Of a stretch of 64,000 nucleotides of DNA, positions 1 through 9,922 are shown in pieces. Positions within the stretch are counted from its first letter, which is position 1; every line of letters starts with the position of its first letter. This DNA comes from Candidatus Poribacteria bacterium (GTDB lineage Bacteria; Poribacteria; WGA-4E; PCPOR2b), in NCBI GenBank assembly GCA_965218095.1, contig OZ244587.1, positions 4,864,001-4,928,000 on the forward strand, read 5' to 3'. The notes under the pieces are model-generated. The model made no database searches and was not told the origin of the DNA. It was given only the letters and a program-made list of their open reading frames with translations. The translations under genes and the position numbers were made by a program.

Positions 1-462
1 GCGTGACTTGGTGAACCGCTCAAGTTCAGCAACAAGAACTGGCTTAATCTCAAACAGATCTATCTCCAGAAAGGGATCGCTATCCATTAGGTTTGATTCA
101 TCCAGATCAGTGTAAAAGCGGTATAAACGACCATTGGTCAGAACACCGAAACGGGCACCACTAACCGCACTGAAGTATCCTTTAAGTTGTTCAAAGTCAT
201 CGTCCAAATTGTCCTCCAACCGCTTACACTCAACGATCATGATTGGAACGCCATCTTTTTTGATTGCATAGTCAGCCGTCCTATTCCCTCCACTAATATC
301 GGCGGGATATTGTTTTTGCATGTCTGCCGGGGTTCGTTTGAATCCCAACAACCCAATGAAAGGCTCAAAACAGAAGGTCTCGGTGTCTGGTTCATTCAGA
401 TCGTGGTTGCTGAATTCCTTGATTGTATCAGATAGATTTTTAAGTTCCTCAATAAGGTTCAT
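1..462 (-). CDS. Type I restriction enzyme HsdR N-terminal (HSDR_N-like) PD-(D/E)XK domain protein, runs off the window start
   Basis: Not in ORF track. Manual translation from ATG at 462 (SD GGAGG upstream): MNLIEELKNLS...ADYAIKKDGVPIMIVECK...FGVLTNGRLYRFYTDLDESNLMDSDPFLE; D..E-x-K nuclease motif and LTNG motif. Confidence 0.8.
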   Translation of the reverse strand, partial: MNLIEELKNLSDTIKEFSNHDLNEPDTETFCFEPFIGLLGFKRTPADMQKQYPADISGGNRTADYAIKKDGVPIMIVECKRLEDNLDDDFEQLKGYFSAVSGARFGVLTNGRLYRFYTDLDESNLMDSDPFLEIDLFEIKPVLVAELERFTKSR

Positions 463-513
463 AAATACCTCCTTAGGCATAGATGAATGTATTTAACGCC
501 AATGGTAGTCACG

Positions 514-966
514 TCAACGTCTCTCAGCTGCAGCAGCTCTGTTTCTTCGCATTACCTCTGCGAGGAGTCGTCTGGCTGCGTCAATATCTGTAATCCGCTG
601 TAACGCTTTTATGGATGTCCAACCCACAATCTCTATCAATTGTTCTCTATCTATCGGCGGGTGAGCTTCTGTCCAGTCAACACGGATACGATATTCTGTA
701 TATAGAATGTCCATGTCCTGATATATCCATCGATCTTCGCCTTCGTAAGCGCAGCCATCCCAAGACTCACAAACTCGCCCCGCAGCCACAACTCCGCATT
801 CGTTGACATACATGAAAAGAATATCACCCGAATCAAGTTTCCCTAGTGCTTGCCTGCCATATTTTTCATAGTCACCTGAAGTAAAAGCGTAACCACGCTC
901 AATCCATTGATCATGCGGACTGTATCTCAGGGCTTTCTTCTCCGTATTGATGTAATAATAGTTCAT
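514..966 (-). CDS. Hypothetical protein, possible PUA/EVE-like nucleic-acid-binding domain
   Basis: 150-aa ORF with SD (AAGGAG); LGKLDSGDILFMYVNECGVVAAGRV and YRIRVDW resemble PUA-like folds (pattern-level inference). Confidence 0.55.
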   Translation of the reverse strand: MNYYYINTEKKALRYSPHDQWIERGYAFTSGDYEKYGRQALGKLDSGDILFMYVNECGVVAAGRVCESWDGCAYEGEDRWIYQDMDILYTEYRIRVDWTEAHPPIDREQLIEIVGWTSIKALQRITDIDAARRLLAEVMRRNRAAAAERR

Positions 967-1039
967 ATTTACTCCTTATTCCGAGCTAAATCGTGGTGCC
1001 GATTCAAGGGCATTTATAGCGAGGTCCAAATCAGGATCA

Positions 1040-1862
1040 TTACCGACTTATCAGCCTGTCTGACGTGCAAATTGCATAAGTTTCCGGGTTGACCTCTTGT
1101 CCATAAAGGAAAAATTCATTCCGCCCGTGCGTCAGCTCTTTGGCAAACTGTTCCGCTTCTGTGAGCATCCCGCCCGACCCACACGCGGGGTCATAAATCA
1201 GATACGTTGTTCCCTCTGTGAGTTTATCTCTCACCGGCAGGAATAACAGATGGGTCATGATCTTGATAATTTCTCTTGGGGTAAAAGTGTTCACTGGCTT
1301 CCTCATTGTTCTCTTCATTGAACCTTCGGATCAACTCCTCAAAGACATAACCCATTCCCAAGTTGGTCAACGCCGGCAGTATTTCGCCTCTGCTATTTAC
1401 AGTTTCTTCGGGGCTGAGGTTAATGTCTCTGGAAACGAATTTCTCAATCAGGGCGAAGGTGATACCACTCTCTTCCATCGTTTCAAGTTGGTTACTGAGT
1501 TTGAATTTGCCGATAATCTCTTGCACCTCCTCACTGAAACCGTTCAGATAATTCTCCAAGTTTGAACCGATGTGGTTTGGGTCATTCAACAAGGTTTTGA
1601 AGGTGAACTTCGAGGTATTGTAAAACTTATACTTAGAATAACCCTTTAGAGCGGATTTGTCATCGATCCGGTTCTCAATCAAAAATTGGTTGACTTGAAG
1701 CACTTTTTCTTTTGTAGGCTCTAAGAGAGCGTCCAATCTCCTCAGAACGGTGAATGGGAGAATAACGTCTCGGTATTTTCCACGTGTGTAAATGTCTCTC
1801 AACACATCGTCTGCAATTCCCCAAATGAAGTTGACGATTTGATTATGTACTCTGTGGTCCAT
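1040..1862 (-). pseudogene. hsdM: Type I R-M methyltransferase remnant (frameshifted and 3' truncated)
   Basis: IWGIADDVLRD...ILPFTVLRRLD, then a frameshift near 1285 (EHF/TPREII); second frame has YDPACGSGGML and GQEVNPETYAIC; ends before the NPP(Y/F) motif. Confidence 0.85.
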
Positions 1863-2072
1863 GGTTCTCCTTCGTCGGCTGTTTTTCGTGCGTTTGTGTT
1901 ATCCTTTAGCGCCTACAATATATCATCCAACACAGATCTCCGTCAAGCGTAGAAAGCAGGAAAAGGTAAGAGGAGACACCCACATGCACAAACCCTCTTG
2001 AGCGTAACGCGAAAATGAGGTATACTTTCGTCGTCAACCAAATCGAATTGATGTGACGGAGGAACCCCATTC

Positions 2073-2267
2073 ATGGCTTCAACAGATCGCAAGATTCGCG
2101 TTGCTATCTACGGGTGTGGGTCCTGGACGAACCAAACCCACATTCCCAACCTGCTGAAACTTGACGGCGTGGAAATTGTCGCCATCTGCGATAGCAACCC
2201 GCAAGCGATTAAATCAACCGCTGAAGCCCACAAACACTTAGAGGGAGAGGAAATCGTTCACGTCTGA
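2073..2267 (+). pseudogene. Gfo/Idh/MocA oxidoreductase, N-terminal fragment only
   Basis: IRVAIYGCG...HIPNL...VEIVAICD Rossmann start; only 64 aa versus about 330 expected. Confidence 0.7.
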
Positions 2268-2385
2268 TTCTAGAGCATCAGCGAATTGCCCGAGCCCCCG
2301 TCCTCACAGGCTGGCAATCCGCCCGTCGAAATGGGGAGTGTATTGATGTTCAGACGTTTATAGATGACGAATTGTAGATGTCCTC

Positions 2386-2418
2386 AATCTTGCGAAGGTT
2401 TCAAACCTTCGCAAGATT
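2386..2418. repeat. REP-like palindrome (CTTGCGAAGGTT-n-AACCTTCGCAAG family), copy 1
   Basis: Perfect 15-bp arms AATCTTGCGAAGGTT/AACCTTCGCAAGATT; related copies at 12251 and 48113. Confidence 0.8.
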
Positions 2419-2438
2419 AATAACGTAAGGAGCTTGCT

Positions 2439-4229
2439 ATGTTCAGAAAATTGACCGATCACCTCTTCTTTCTCGAAGACACATGCAGCGTTTATAGAAT
2501 TACGATAGATGACAAAACTCTCCTGATTGACTGCGGGACGTCCCCGACAAAACTTGAGGCAGACGGCATTCGACAGGTTGATCAGATTCTGTTGACCCAT
2601 TTCCATCGGGACAGTTGTTCTGCCGCCTCCCACTGGAGAGCGCGCAGCGCCCAGATTGTCATCCCGTTTGTGGAAAAGCGTTTCTTTGAGGAGACCGATC
2701 TCCTCAAGGCGTCCTACGACATCTACGACAACTACACTTCTTACTATCCCTGCTTCGGGGCGCTGGCGGATATCGCCCCTGATCAGTACGCTTATGACTA
2801 CGAGAGCTTGTCATGGGAGGGGGTTCGTCTTGATGTGATTCCGCTGCCCGGTCACACCTTCGGATCGGTGGGGTATCTATTTGAGTTAGACGGGCAGCGG
2901 ATACTGGCGTGCGGTGATCTTATGTCCGGTCCGGGGAAGATTCGAGAGTATTTCTGGAGCCAGTGGAACTATATGGACTTCCAGGGGCATGTCAACCATC
3001 TGGAAAGCCTGAAGACCGTCGCCGCCCTCAATGTGGACCTGATTCTGCCGGGGCATGGTGAACCGTTTGCGCCGACAGAAAGAGCGTTCGCCGAACTGCA
3101 AACGGCGCTGGAGGAGTTGTATGAACTGTTCTACGCCAGCCCTTACGAATACTATCGCCCTGAGTTCCGCCAACTTACACCGCACGTCTACGAAGTCACG
3201 AACTCCAGCGCCAATACGTATATCATTCGAGACGATAATGGACACGCGCTTTTTATCGACTGCGGCTACACATCCAACGCTCCCATCAGCGCCAATCCCC
3301 ACCGTTTTATCGACAACGTGACCCCCTATCTCGAAGCCGAGGTGGGCGTTCATACCGTCGAGTGGTTTCTGCCTTCTCACTATCACGACGACCACCTGGC
3401 CGGCTACCCTGCGTTGCAGAACTGTTACGGCACGCGGGTCGTATCGTCCCCGGAACTCAAGGATATCCTGGAGCACCCTGAGCGCTATGACATGCCTTGC
3501 GCGGTCCCCCAAGGCATGAAGGTAGACCATGTGGTTGAGCAGGGAGAAGCCTTCGAGTGGCGGGGGGTCGAATTCTTCGTCGAGCAGCATCCGGGACAGA
3601 CCCTCTACCACCATCTGATCTGGTTTGTCGTCGATGGACAAAAATTCCTCTGCATCGGGGACAATATCTCCGGGCTCCCTTTCCGGGAAAAGAGAGACTA
3701 CATCCATTCCTTCATTCCCAAGAATCGAACCCCGGTGTCCAGCTACAGGGATATGCCACGACAGATCCTCGACTATGGGCCAGATCTGATTCTGACCGGG
3801 CATGGGGGGGGCGTGCCGTTTGACCGGGCGAAAGTGGAACGTTGGCAGGACTGGATGGACAGGTGGGAGCATCTCTTCACGCAGATCATCGATCAACCCC
3901 ACTCGAATATGGGGATGGACCCGCATTGGGTGGAGTTCTATCCTTACAAGGTACGCATCCGCCCTGGAGCGACCGTGACATTCAAAGTCACCATCACCAA
4001 TCATGAAGCGGAAGCGCGGAAGTGCAACCTTCGCTTTCGGTCAGTTGAAGGCGTGCATCTCTCTCCGAAGGCGATAGATCTCCAGGCTCCTGGAGGCGCC
4101 AACATAACCTGTCAGGTCAAGACGACCTTCCCCGATACGTTTACCACCCACGCACTCCCCGTCTTGGCTGATGTCACTTGGAATGGGGTACATCTCGGTG
4201 AGATTGCCGAGGCTATCGCTTACTGGTAG
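2439..4229 (+). CDS. Tandem metallo-beta-lactamase-fold hydrolase
   Basis: Two MBL domains: THFHRD/PGHT/PGHG and SHYHDDH/PGQT/TGHG. Confidence 0.85.
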   Translation: MFRKLTDHLFFLEDTCSVYRITIDDKTLLIDCGTSPTKLEADGIRQVDQILLTHFHRDSCSAASHWRARSAQIVIPFVEKRFFEETDLLKASYDIYDNYTSYYPCFGALADIAPDQYAYDYESLSWEGVRLDVIPLPGHTFGSVGYLFELDGQRILACGDLMSGPGKIREYFWSQWNYMDFQGHVNHLESLKTVAALNVDLILPGHGEPFAPTERAFAELQTALEELYELFYASPYEYYRPEFRQLTPHVYEVTNSSANTYIIRDDNGHALFIDCGYTSNAPISANPHRFIDNVTPYLEAEVGVHTVEWFLPSHYHDDHLAGYPALQNCYGTRVVSSPELKDILEHPERYDMPCAVPQGMKVDHVVEQGEAFEWRGVEFFVEQHPGQTLYHHLIWFVVDGQKFLCIGDNISGLPFREKRDYIHSFIPKNRTPVSSYRDMPRQILDYGPDLILTGHGGGVPFDRAKVERWQDWMDRWEHLFTQIIDQPHSNMGMDPHWVEFYPYKVRIRPGATVTFKVTITNHEAEARKCNLRFRSVEGVHLSPKAIDLQAPGGANITCQVKTTFPDTFTTHALPVLADVTWNGVHLGEIAEAIAYW

Positions 4230-4429
4230 ACGCCGCAGACATCCATTGTCGATGTGAGTGGTTGGTGCGTGCTGAGAAACGCTTGGCATTGCCAGCCGGC
4301 GTTGAACTTAATGTTGCCGCGTAATGTTGTTGATAGGATTTTTGTTTCGTGATACAATATGTCAATGTCTCCCAAATAATCAAGATCTAAATTTCCAACG
4401 GAACCGATCTGAACATAGGAGCACACGAT

Positions 4430-5254
4430 ATGACGCCAGAAGAAAGATACCTGTTTGACCTGCAAGGGTACATCGTCCTGCGAGAAGCGCTATCTCCCGA
4501 CACATGTCGTCGGCTCAACGAAACCACCGATTACCTTGAAACTCTCAACGATGACCAGGCAGCGGCCTTGGGCGCTGAAAGAAAATATCGTGCCTCTGAC
4601 AACGTCTACGCAAAGACGGGCGCCCCTCCGAAGGGCGGACTGGGCGATTACGACTGCGAGGTGCTCCGTTACGGCGGTCCCTTCGAGGAGCTCATTGACT
4701 GGTCCCGGACGCTTCCCTATATTGAGGAGATGATTGGCGAACCTTGTCGGCTTGACGCAGCCAGCTTCATGTCGCGTAACAGCAACGGGGCGTTCCGATT
4801 CCACCACGGCTATGCGGAGTTGCTTCCCTACAGCGAGTACGCGTTCCAAGATAGCGAGTTCAAGTGTGTGAGCGTGAAGATTGGCTACGCTCTGACAGAC
4901 GTTGATGTCGAGGACGGTTGCTTTGCAGTTATCCCGGGGAGCCACAAGAGCAATTTCACCAACACGCTGGTGGGGCAGGTCCCTGACCCCGCCCATCCAC
5001 TCGTGCAGCCGTTGCCATGCAGAGCCGGCGATGCTGTCATCTTCTCCGAAGACCTGTCTCACGGCGCAGTGGAGAACCACGGCTCAAAGGTGCGGCGGAC
5101 ACTGTTTTATTCCTACGCGCCGGCGTTTCATTGCGCCTGGCATGGTTTGGCGATGACGGCCGATGGTTTTGAGCAGCGTGCAAGCCAGCGTCGACTGGAG
5201 CTCATCCAGGGGCCATCTCCGTTCACTGATGTCGCCAGAGCCGACGCGCGCTAA
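4430..5254 (+). CDS. Phytanoyl-CoA dioxygenase (PhyH)-family Fe(II)/2OG enzyme, H-x-G variant
   Basis: YLFDLQGYIVL, ALTD...DG...IPGSHK, AGDAVIF..LSHG, RR..FY; first metal motif reads FHHG. Confidence 0.85.
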   Translation: MTPEERYLFDLQGYIVLREALSPDTCRRLNETTDYLETLNDDQAAALGAERKYRASDNVYAKTGAPPKGGLGDYDCEVLRYGGPFEELIDWSRTLPYIEEMIGEPCRLDAASFMSRNSNGAFRFHHGYAELLPYSEYAFQDSEFKCVSVKIGYALTDVDVEDGCFAVIPGSHKSNFTNTLVGQVPDPAHPLVQPLPCRAGDAVIFSEDLSHGAVENHGSKVRRTLFYSYAPAFHCAWHGLAMTADGFEQRASQRRLELIQGPSPFTDVARADAR

Positions 5255-5290
5255 TACGGCGCCACATCAAGAAAATTGGAGGTTCGGCAG

Positions 5291-6136
5291 GTGAATCCCA
5301 TCAAGCAATCCACGGAAGAAGATATCTTTGACCTGCAGATTGGCCTTGGCGAGTCCGAGATTCCTGTTGAAGATAAGCATTTTTTCGATATCGCTGGCTA
5401 TCTGGTGTTGGATGACCTGCTGACGCCAGACCAGGTTTCGCAGGCGCAGGACACGCTGGAAAGGATTGCAGCGGCGATACCGGAAGGTATGACGGTTTTA
5501 CCGGACGGGCCCTATGAACGCGAAATGGTCAACATCATTGAAGCCGGGGACGTTGTTGAGGACACCATGGCGCTGGCGCAAGTCCTTGATTACGTGCAGG
5601 AGTTCATCTGGGGACGTCAGTACCGTCTGGTCGGTTCGAGGGCGATACTCAGAGACCTAGGCGCCCACAGCCAACTCACCCAGGGCGGCAGCGCCGACCC
5701 AAGACGTTACGCCCGTTACCGCTGCTTTGGAGATGGTCAATTCCGCTGCTTGATGATAACCTGCTTAATCACGTTATATGACACCGCCGATGGCGACGGG
5801 GCGTTCTGTGCAATCCCTGCCAGCCACAAAGCCAACCTCCCGCATCCCTACGAAGGCACAGACCTAGACGCGATTCCGCCCCTGCGCGAGATTCCACTGC
5901 GAGCCGGATCGGGCGTTCTGTTCACCGAGAACCTGTCGCACGCGTTCAAACCGCCGACCCGCCAAACGCACGCCTGGCTGTCGTACCAGTATGGACCTTC
6001 CTACATGGTCAACTGGCCCGGCTGCGACCCTTCCGCCGACCTACACCGTAGCACCGCTGATGATCCAGCCAAATCGCACCTGCTGCTGGAACCCTATTAT
6101 CACCCCGCCAGCTCGCAGAAGCAGAAACAAGGGTAG
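5291..6136 (+). CDS. PhyH-family protein, first metal-binding His apparently missing
   Basis: GTG start after GGAGG; FFDIAGYLVL, DGAFCAIPASHK, ENLSH; LTQGG where relatives have LHxG. Confidence 0.75.
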   Translation: MNPIKQSTEEDIFDLQIGLGESEIPVEDKHFFDIAGYLVLDDLLTPDQVSQAQDTLERIAAAIPEGMTVLPDGPYEREMVNIIEAGDVVEDTMALAQVLDYVQEFIWGRQYRLVGSRAILRDLGAHSQLTQGGSADPRRYARYRCFGDGQFRCLMITCLITLYDTADGDGAFCAIPASHKANLPHPYEGTDLDAIPPLREIPLRAGSGVLFTENLSHAFKPPTRQTHAWLSYQYGPSYMVNWPGCDPSADLHRSTADDPAKSHLLLEPYYHPASSQKQKQG

Positions 6137-6184
6137 TGCTTCGTGGCCTGAGTGGTTTATTCTGAAATCCCACGACCACGCACC

Positions 6185-7198
6185 TCATGTGTCCACCGCG
6201 TTAAGGAGGCCCTTCATATACCCAACGGCGTAGACTAGCCCCTGGCCGCCTATCTCGTTTTCGTAAAGCGTGTGTGGGCAATGACCCGGAAGCAGAACAC
6301 TGTTGAACCCGACTTCTTTGAAGGTTCGGAGTACGGCGAGAAAGTCGCAATCGGCTTCATCCAGGAAACATTCTCGGAAACTCGGCACGGTCCCCTGCAC
6401 CCCCTGGGCATGTCCATAGACAATCTGCCCGCGCCCTCCAAAATGACGAATCGCGGCGAGGATGTCCGTCCCCATCGCCGTCCAATTCCCCAGACAAAAG
6501 TTAAGTCCACTCGCTGAACTGTTGTCAGCGACCTCCATCGCCCGCTGGAAACCATCGAAATCATGGAACAGCCGTGGGATGCCACCGAGTTTCTCCACCG
6601 GCGGATCATCGGGATGAAGCGCCAACCTGACCCCTGCCTTCTCCACCTCTGGAATAATTGCCTCAATAAAGTACGCATAATTCGCCCACATCTCGTCTTC
6701 GGTGTACTCCCGGTCACGAAAAAGCGGCGAGTGCTTTGCGATTTCCATTTCAAAGCTGCTGACCTGCGAGCCACCTCGTCCGGGCGTCGTCAGCGAGGTG
6801 CGCCAGGAGTTCCGCGTCGCGCCTCGCTGGTTCACCATCCAGTGGTAGCCGAAGGCCGGAACACCCGCCCTGCCCATGTTCCGAATGGTGATGATTAGGT
6901 TTTCCAGTTGCTGGTCTCGTCCCGGTAGACCGAGCATGACCCGGTCGTAACACCATGCCGGAACCGGGTTCTCAATAGCAGCAACTCGCATCCCAGCATC
7001 CTCGCAACGCTTCCGGACGTGCACGAGGTCCAGGAAATCCCAATGCGCACCGGCTTTATCGGCGTTCTCGGCTGAGAATCGTCGTGCGAAGTCAGGGTGG
7101 GAAATGGAACTGAGCACTACGTCATTAACCCCGTACTGTTTGAGAAGTCGCAGGTAATCGTCTTGTGCATCCAGTCCAGCATAAGCGCAAATTCTCAT
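6185..7198 (-). CDS. uxuA: Mannonate dehydratase family protein
   Basis: RLALHPDDPP, GLNFCLG, PGRDQQLEN...IRNMGRAG motifs; substrate not established. Confidence 0.75.
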   Translation of the reverse strand: MRICAYAGLDAQDDYLRLLKQYGVNDVVLSSISHPDFARRFSAENADKAGAHWDFLDLVHVRKRCEDAGMRVAAIENPVPAWCYDRVMLGLPGRDQQLENLIITIRNMGRAGVPAFGYHWMVNQRGATRNSWRTSLTTPGRGGSQVSSFEMEIAKHSPLFRDREYTEDEMWANYAYFIEAIIPEVEKAGVRLALHPDDPPVEKLGGIPRLFHDFDGFQRAMEVADNSSASGLNFCLGNWTAMGTDILAAIRHFGGRGQIVYGHAQGVQGTVPSFRECFLDEADCDFLAVLRTFKEVGFNSVLLPGHCPHTLYENEIGGQGLVYAVGYMKGLLNAVDT

Positions 7199-7232
7199 TG
7201 TCTCCCCCTGTGTTCATCAAATCAAGATATTA

Positions 7233-7408
7233 TACCGTTTCTGATTGATAATCAAGCATAACCTCTGGAAGGAATGGAAGGAAAGGAAGAAGTTCTCGGA
7301 CTCTTGGTCTCTGACCGGAGGAAGAAAACCATCCTTCCTTTCCCCGATAGATCGGGATGCAAGCACCTTCCTTCCGCTCTAATGCTGCATTTTTATTCAG
7401 AGACGGTA
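7233..7408. mobile_element. MITE with TACCGTTTCTGA-type terminal inverted repeats and TTA target duplication
   Basis: Left TACCGTTTCTGA, right TCAGAGACGGTA, TTA on both flanks (7230-32, 7409-11). Confidence 0.7.
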
Positions 7409-7490
7409 TTATAACCTATTGCTGGCTTATTTTTGAATCTAAGTTTGTAAGAGCGTGCAGAATTTCGTATAAAATTTCGGCGTTTTGATA

Positions 7491-7519
7491 TTGACCTCAT
7501 TTTGACTTTCTGTTAAAAT
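7491..7519 (+). promoter_or_regulatory. sigma70-type promoter
   Basis: TTGACC-17 bp-TAAAAT upstream of ATG 7563; argues against the 7518 start. Confidence 0.5.
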
Positions 7520-7562
7520 GACGCTATATCGAATGGAAATCGCAGGGATTAAGGAAGGTAAG

Positions 7563-8747
7563 ATGAAAATCACAGGCATCAGAACCTACAAGTTCAATGT
7601 TCCAACGGGCCAAAAAATCCGCGATCCACATACGGGAGAACTGTTAAGCAGTGTCTCCAAACCGTGGCTGTTTCTGAAAATCGAGACCGATGCCAGCATT
7701 GACGGTTGGGGCGAAGGAAGCGGTGAATGGCTGACGCCTTCGGTTGAGGCGACGCTGCACGAATGGTCAATCCTCCTGATTGATCAGGACCCGTTGTCGG
7801 TCGTGGCATTGACTGAGGACATCACCAACCGTCTGCCGTGGAAGGGGGGACCGGTATTCGGCACGGCAATCGCGGCGATCAATGCTGCCTTGTACGACAT
7901 TGCGGGTAAAGCCTGGGGCGTGCCGGTACATACCATCCTCGGTGGCAAACGACGAGACCGCATCCGCGTCTACTGCGGCGGGAATCTGTTTTCTTCGCCG
8001 GAAGAAGCGATCAAGGCAATACAGCAGGTCAAAGCTGAAGGATTTGCTGGAATCAAGGGTAATCCACTGGAGACCCGTACCTGGCCAATGGATGGGGAAG
8101 CCATCGACCATTCGGTGGCGTGTGTGACGGCCGCTCGCAAAGCAGTGGGGGTGGATTTTGACATCCTGTTGGACGCTCACGGCAGCCCGACGCCGGAGTT
8201 GAGTGTCGAATTCGCTCGGCGCGTCGCTCCGTTCAAGCCGTTGTTTCTGGAAGAACCGGTCAAGGTGGGGTCGCTCGAAGCGCTGCTAGAGGTAACGCGC
8301 AAGAGTCCCGTACCTATTGCAACCGGTGAAAAGCTATTCACAATCGGTGGCTTTAAGCCGTTGATCGACAGCCGGGCGTGCGCCTTCTTGCAGCCGGATG
8401 TGACCCACTGTTTCGGGATTACTACACTGGTCGATATTGCTAAATTGGCAGCGCCGGCGCAGATGCTCATGGCACCACACAACGCCGGTGGCCCGCTCTG
8501 TTTCGCCGCCACACTCCACGCCGACGCCGTCATGAACAATTTCCTTATTCAGGAAACAAATAGCCGGCTGGCACAATTCGATCGCTGCGTCGAACATGAT
8601 TGGGTGATAGCGGATGGGCACGTCAATGTCTCCGACGCGCCGGGAATGGGGGTTGCAGTGAAGGAATCCGACCTGGCGAAGTTGCCGTATGAACCGTTAC
8701 CCTATCGACAGTATCGGCATGTGGATGGCAGTTGGAAGGGGTGGTGA
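7563..8747 (+). CDS. Mandelate racemase/muconate lactonizing family, D-galactonate dehydratase-like
   Basis: MKIT start, ALYDIAGKA, LLDAHG, FLEEP, ATGEKL, LQPD, APHN, PGMGV. Confidence 0.85.
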   Translation: MKITGIRTYKFNVPTGQKIRDPHTGELLSSVSKPWLFLKIETDASIDGWGEGSGEWLTPSVEATLHEWSILLIDQDPLSVVALTEDITNRLPWKGGPVFGTAIAAINAALYDIAGKAWGVPVHTILGGKRRDRIRVYCGGNLFSSPEEAIKAIQQVKAEGFAGIKGNPLETRTWPMDGEAIDHSVACVTAARKAVGVDFDILLDAHGSPTPELSVEFARRVAPFKPLFLEEPVKVGSLEALLEVTRKSPVPIATGEKLFTIGGFKPLIDSRACAFLQPDVTHCFGITTLVDIAKLAAPAQMLMAPHNAGGPLCFAATLHADAVMNNFLIQETNSRLAQFDRCVEHDWVIADGHVNVSDAPGMGVAVKESDLAKLPYEPLPYRQYRHVDGSWKGW

Positions 8748-8835
8748 ACGATGCGCCTCGAACTGAAGTTCAGGCTTATATGTTAATATATCTGTGCACG
8801 TCCAAAAATGATCCAATTCGAGATAAGAGTTCCCT

Positions 8836-9304
8836 TTATTTCTTTTTGAAAACTGAGACAATACTTGTATTGCTGGTTAATGTGAGGGTGTCCTCTTTTT
8901 TAATCCATGTTCCGGTTTGGTTCCATCCGGGTATAAAATAGGGATGGTGACGGTCAAAAAAGATATTGTTACTTTGTGGGGATTGGGTGTCCCTTTTCTC
9001 TGTGAGTATATAGTTGGGATCAAATAAGAAATAAGATCCACCAGATTTTAGGATCGTATCTTGGGAAGCACTCCGCGGCCTAAGTGATGAGTTCTGCCTC
9101 CCATGTTTCGTTATCATAAAACGTCCAGGTGCTGTTTCTTATGTGGATGCTTCTTACGTGGAAGAGATCTGGAATAGCAGAAAGGGGATACTTATGATAA
9201 CGTAGGAACCATGTACCAACCCAACCATTTTCATTATCATCACTACAGGCAGTAAGTCTTGTAATGAGAAGTAAACAAACTAATAACCGGGGTGCAGTTT
9301 TCAT
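8836..9304 (-). pseudogene. Frameshifted lipoprotein (lipocalin-like)
   Basis: Lipobox-like LTAC followed by WVGTW; frame changes near 9085 and continues to GTWIKKEDTLTLTS...VFKKK. Confidence 0.5.
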
Positions 9305-9473
9305 GATGGGATGACTCTTCCTTTCTGCTCTCCTGTGTTCCCCCGGCGAAGGTGAGCGACAGGCATCACCGTGCGGTGAGTCACCTCCTGCCGCGGAAGA
9401 GCAGACACAGTATAGCAGAATCTGCAAAATCTGTCAACTGAATAAGGTGTTAAGAAAGTGCGCAAAACCTAAA

Positions 9474-9752
9474 ATGCTGCAAGTCCAATTACCGATAAGA
9501 AAATATCAAACCATCGCTGGCGTCTCCGCCGTGATTGGTTTTCTACTTGGTGCGCTAATTCCTGCCTTTGCCTTCGGCGCCGGACATTGGTCGTGCCCGT
9601 TTGGATCAGGCGTGATACGCACCGGCGGGTTTGTCTTATTGACAGGCATTTTGGGTGCTATCCTGGCCGGAAATGGGGTTGCCCTTCTTTCGATCTTCAT
9701 TGCGAAACGTTGCCAGTTATCATCGGCTTCCCACAGGAGATCTAAAACCTAA
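9474..9752 (+). CDS. Small two-TM hypothetical membrane protein
   Basis: Two hydrophobic segments flanking HWSCPFG. Confidence 0.5.
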   Translation: MLQVQLPIRKYQTIAGVSAVIGFLLGALIPAFAFGAGHWSCPFGSGVIRTGGFVLLTGILGAILAGNGVALLSIFIAKRCQLSSASHRRSKT

Positions 9753-9922
9753 GATCGAGCTGTTTTGGAAATTTCTGTAATTGTCCGGATGATAGCATAC
9801 TCTTTTCCGCTTGATGGGCCACTATTGTATAGAATGTGTCCAATCCTCGGACATGTTCTACTTCAGTCGCAAGTGAAAAACTCGTAGATTCAAACATCAC
9901 ATACCAGAAAGGAATGACACGA

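Noticed and set aside
2886-4004. Long antisense ORFs (this one, 4490-5080, 16785-17402, 28604-29248 and similar)
   Set aside because: Shadows of well-supported genes on the opposite strand; no recognisable motifs.
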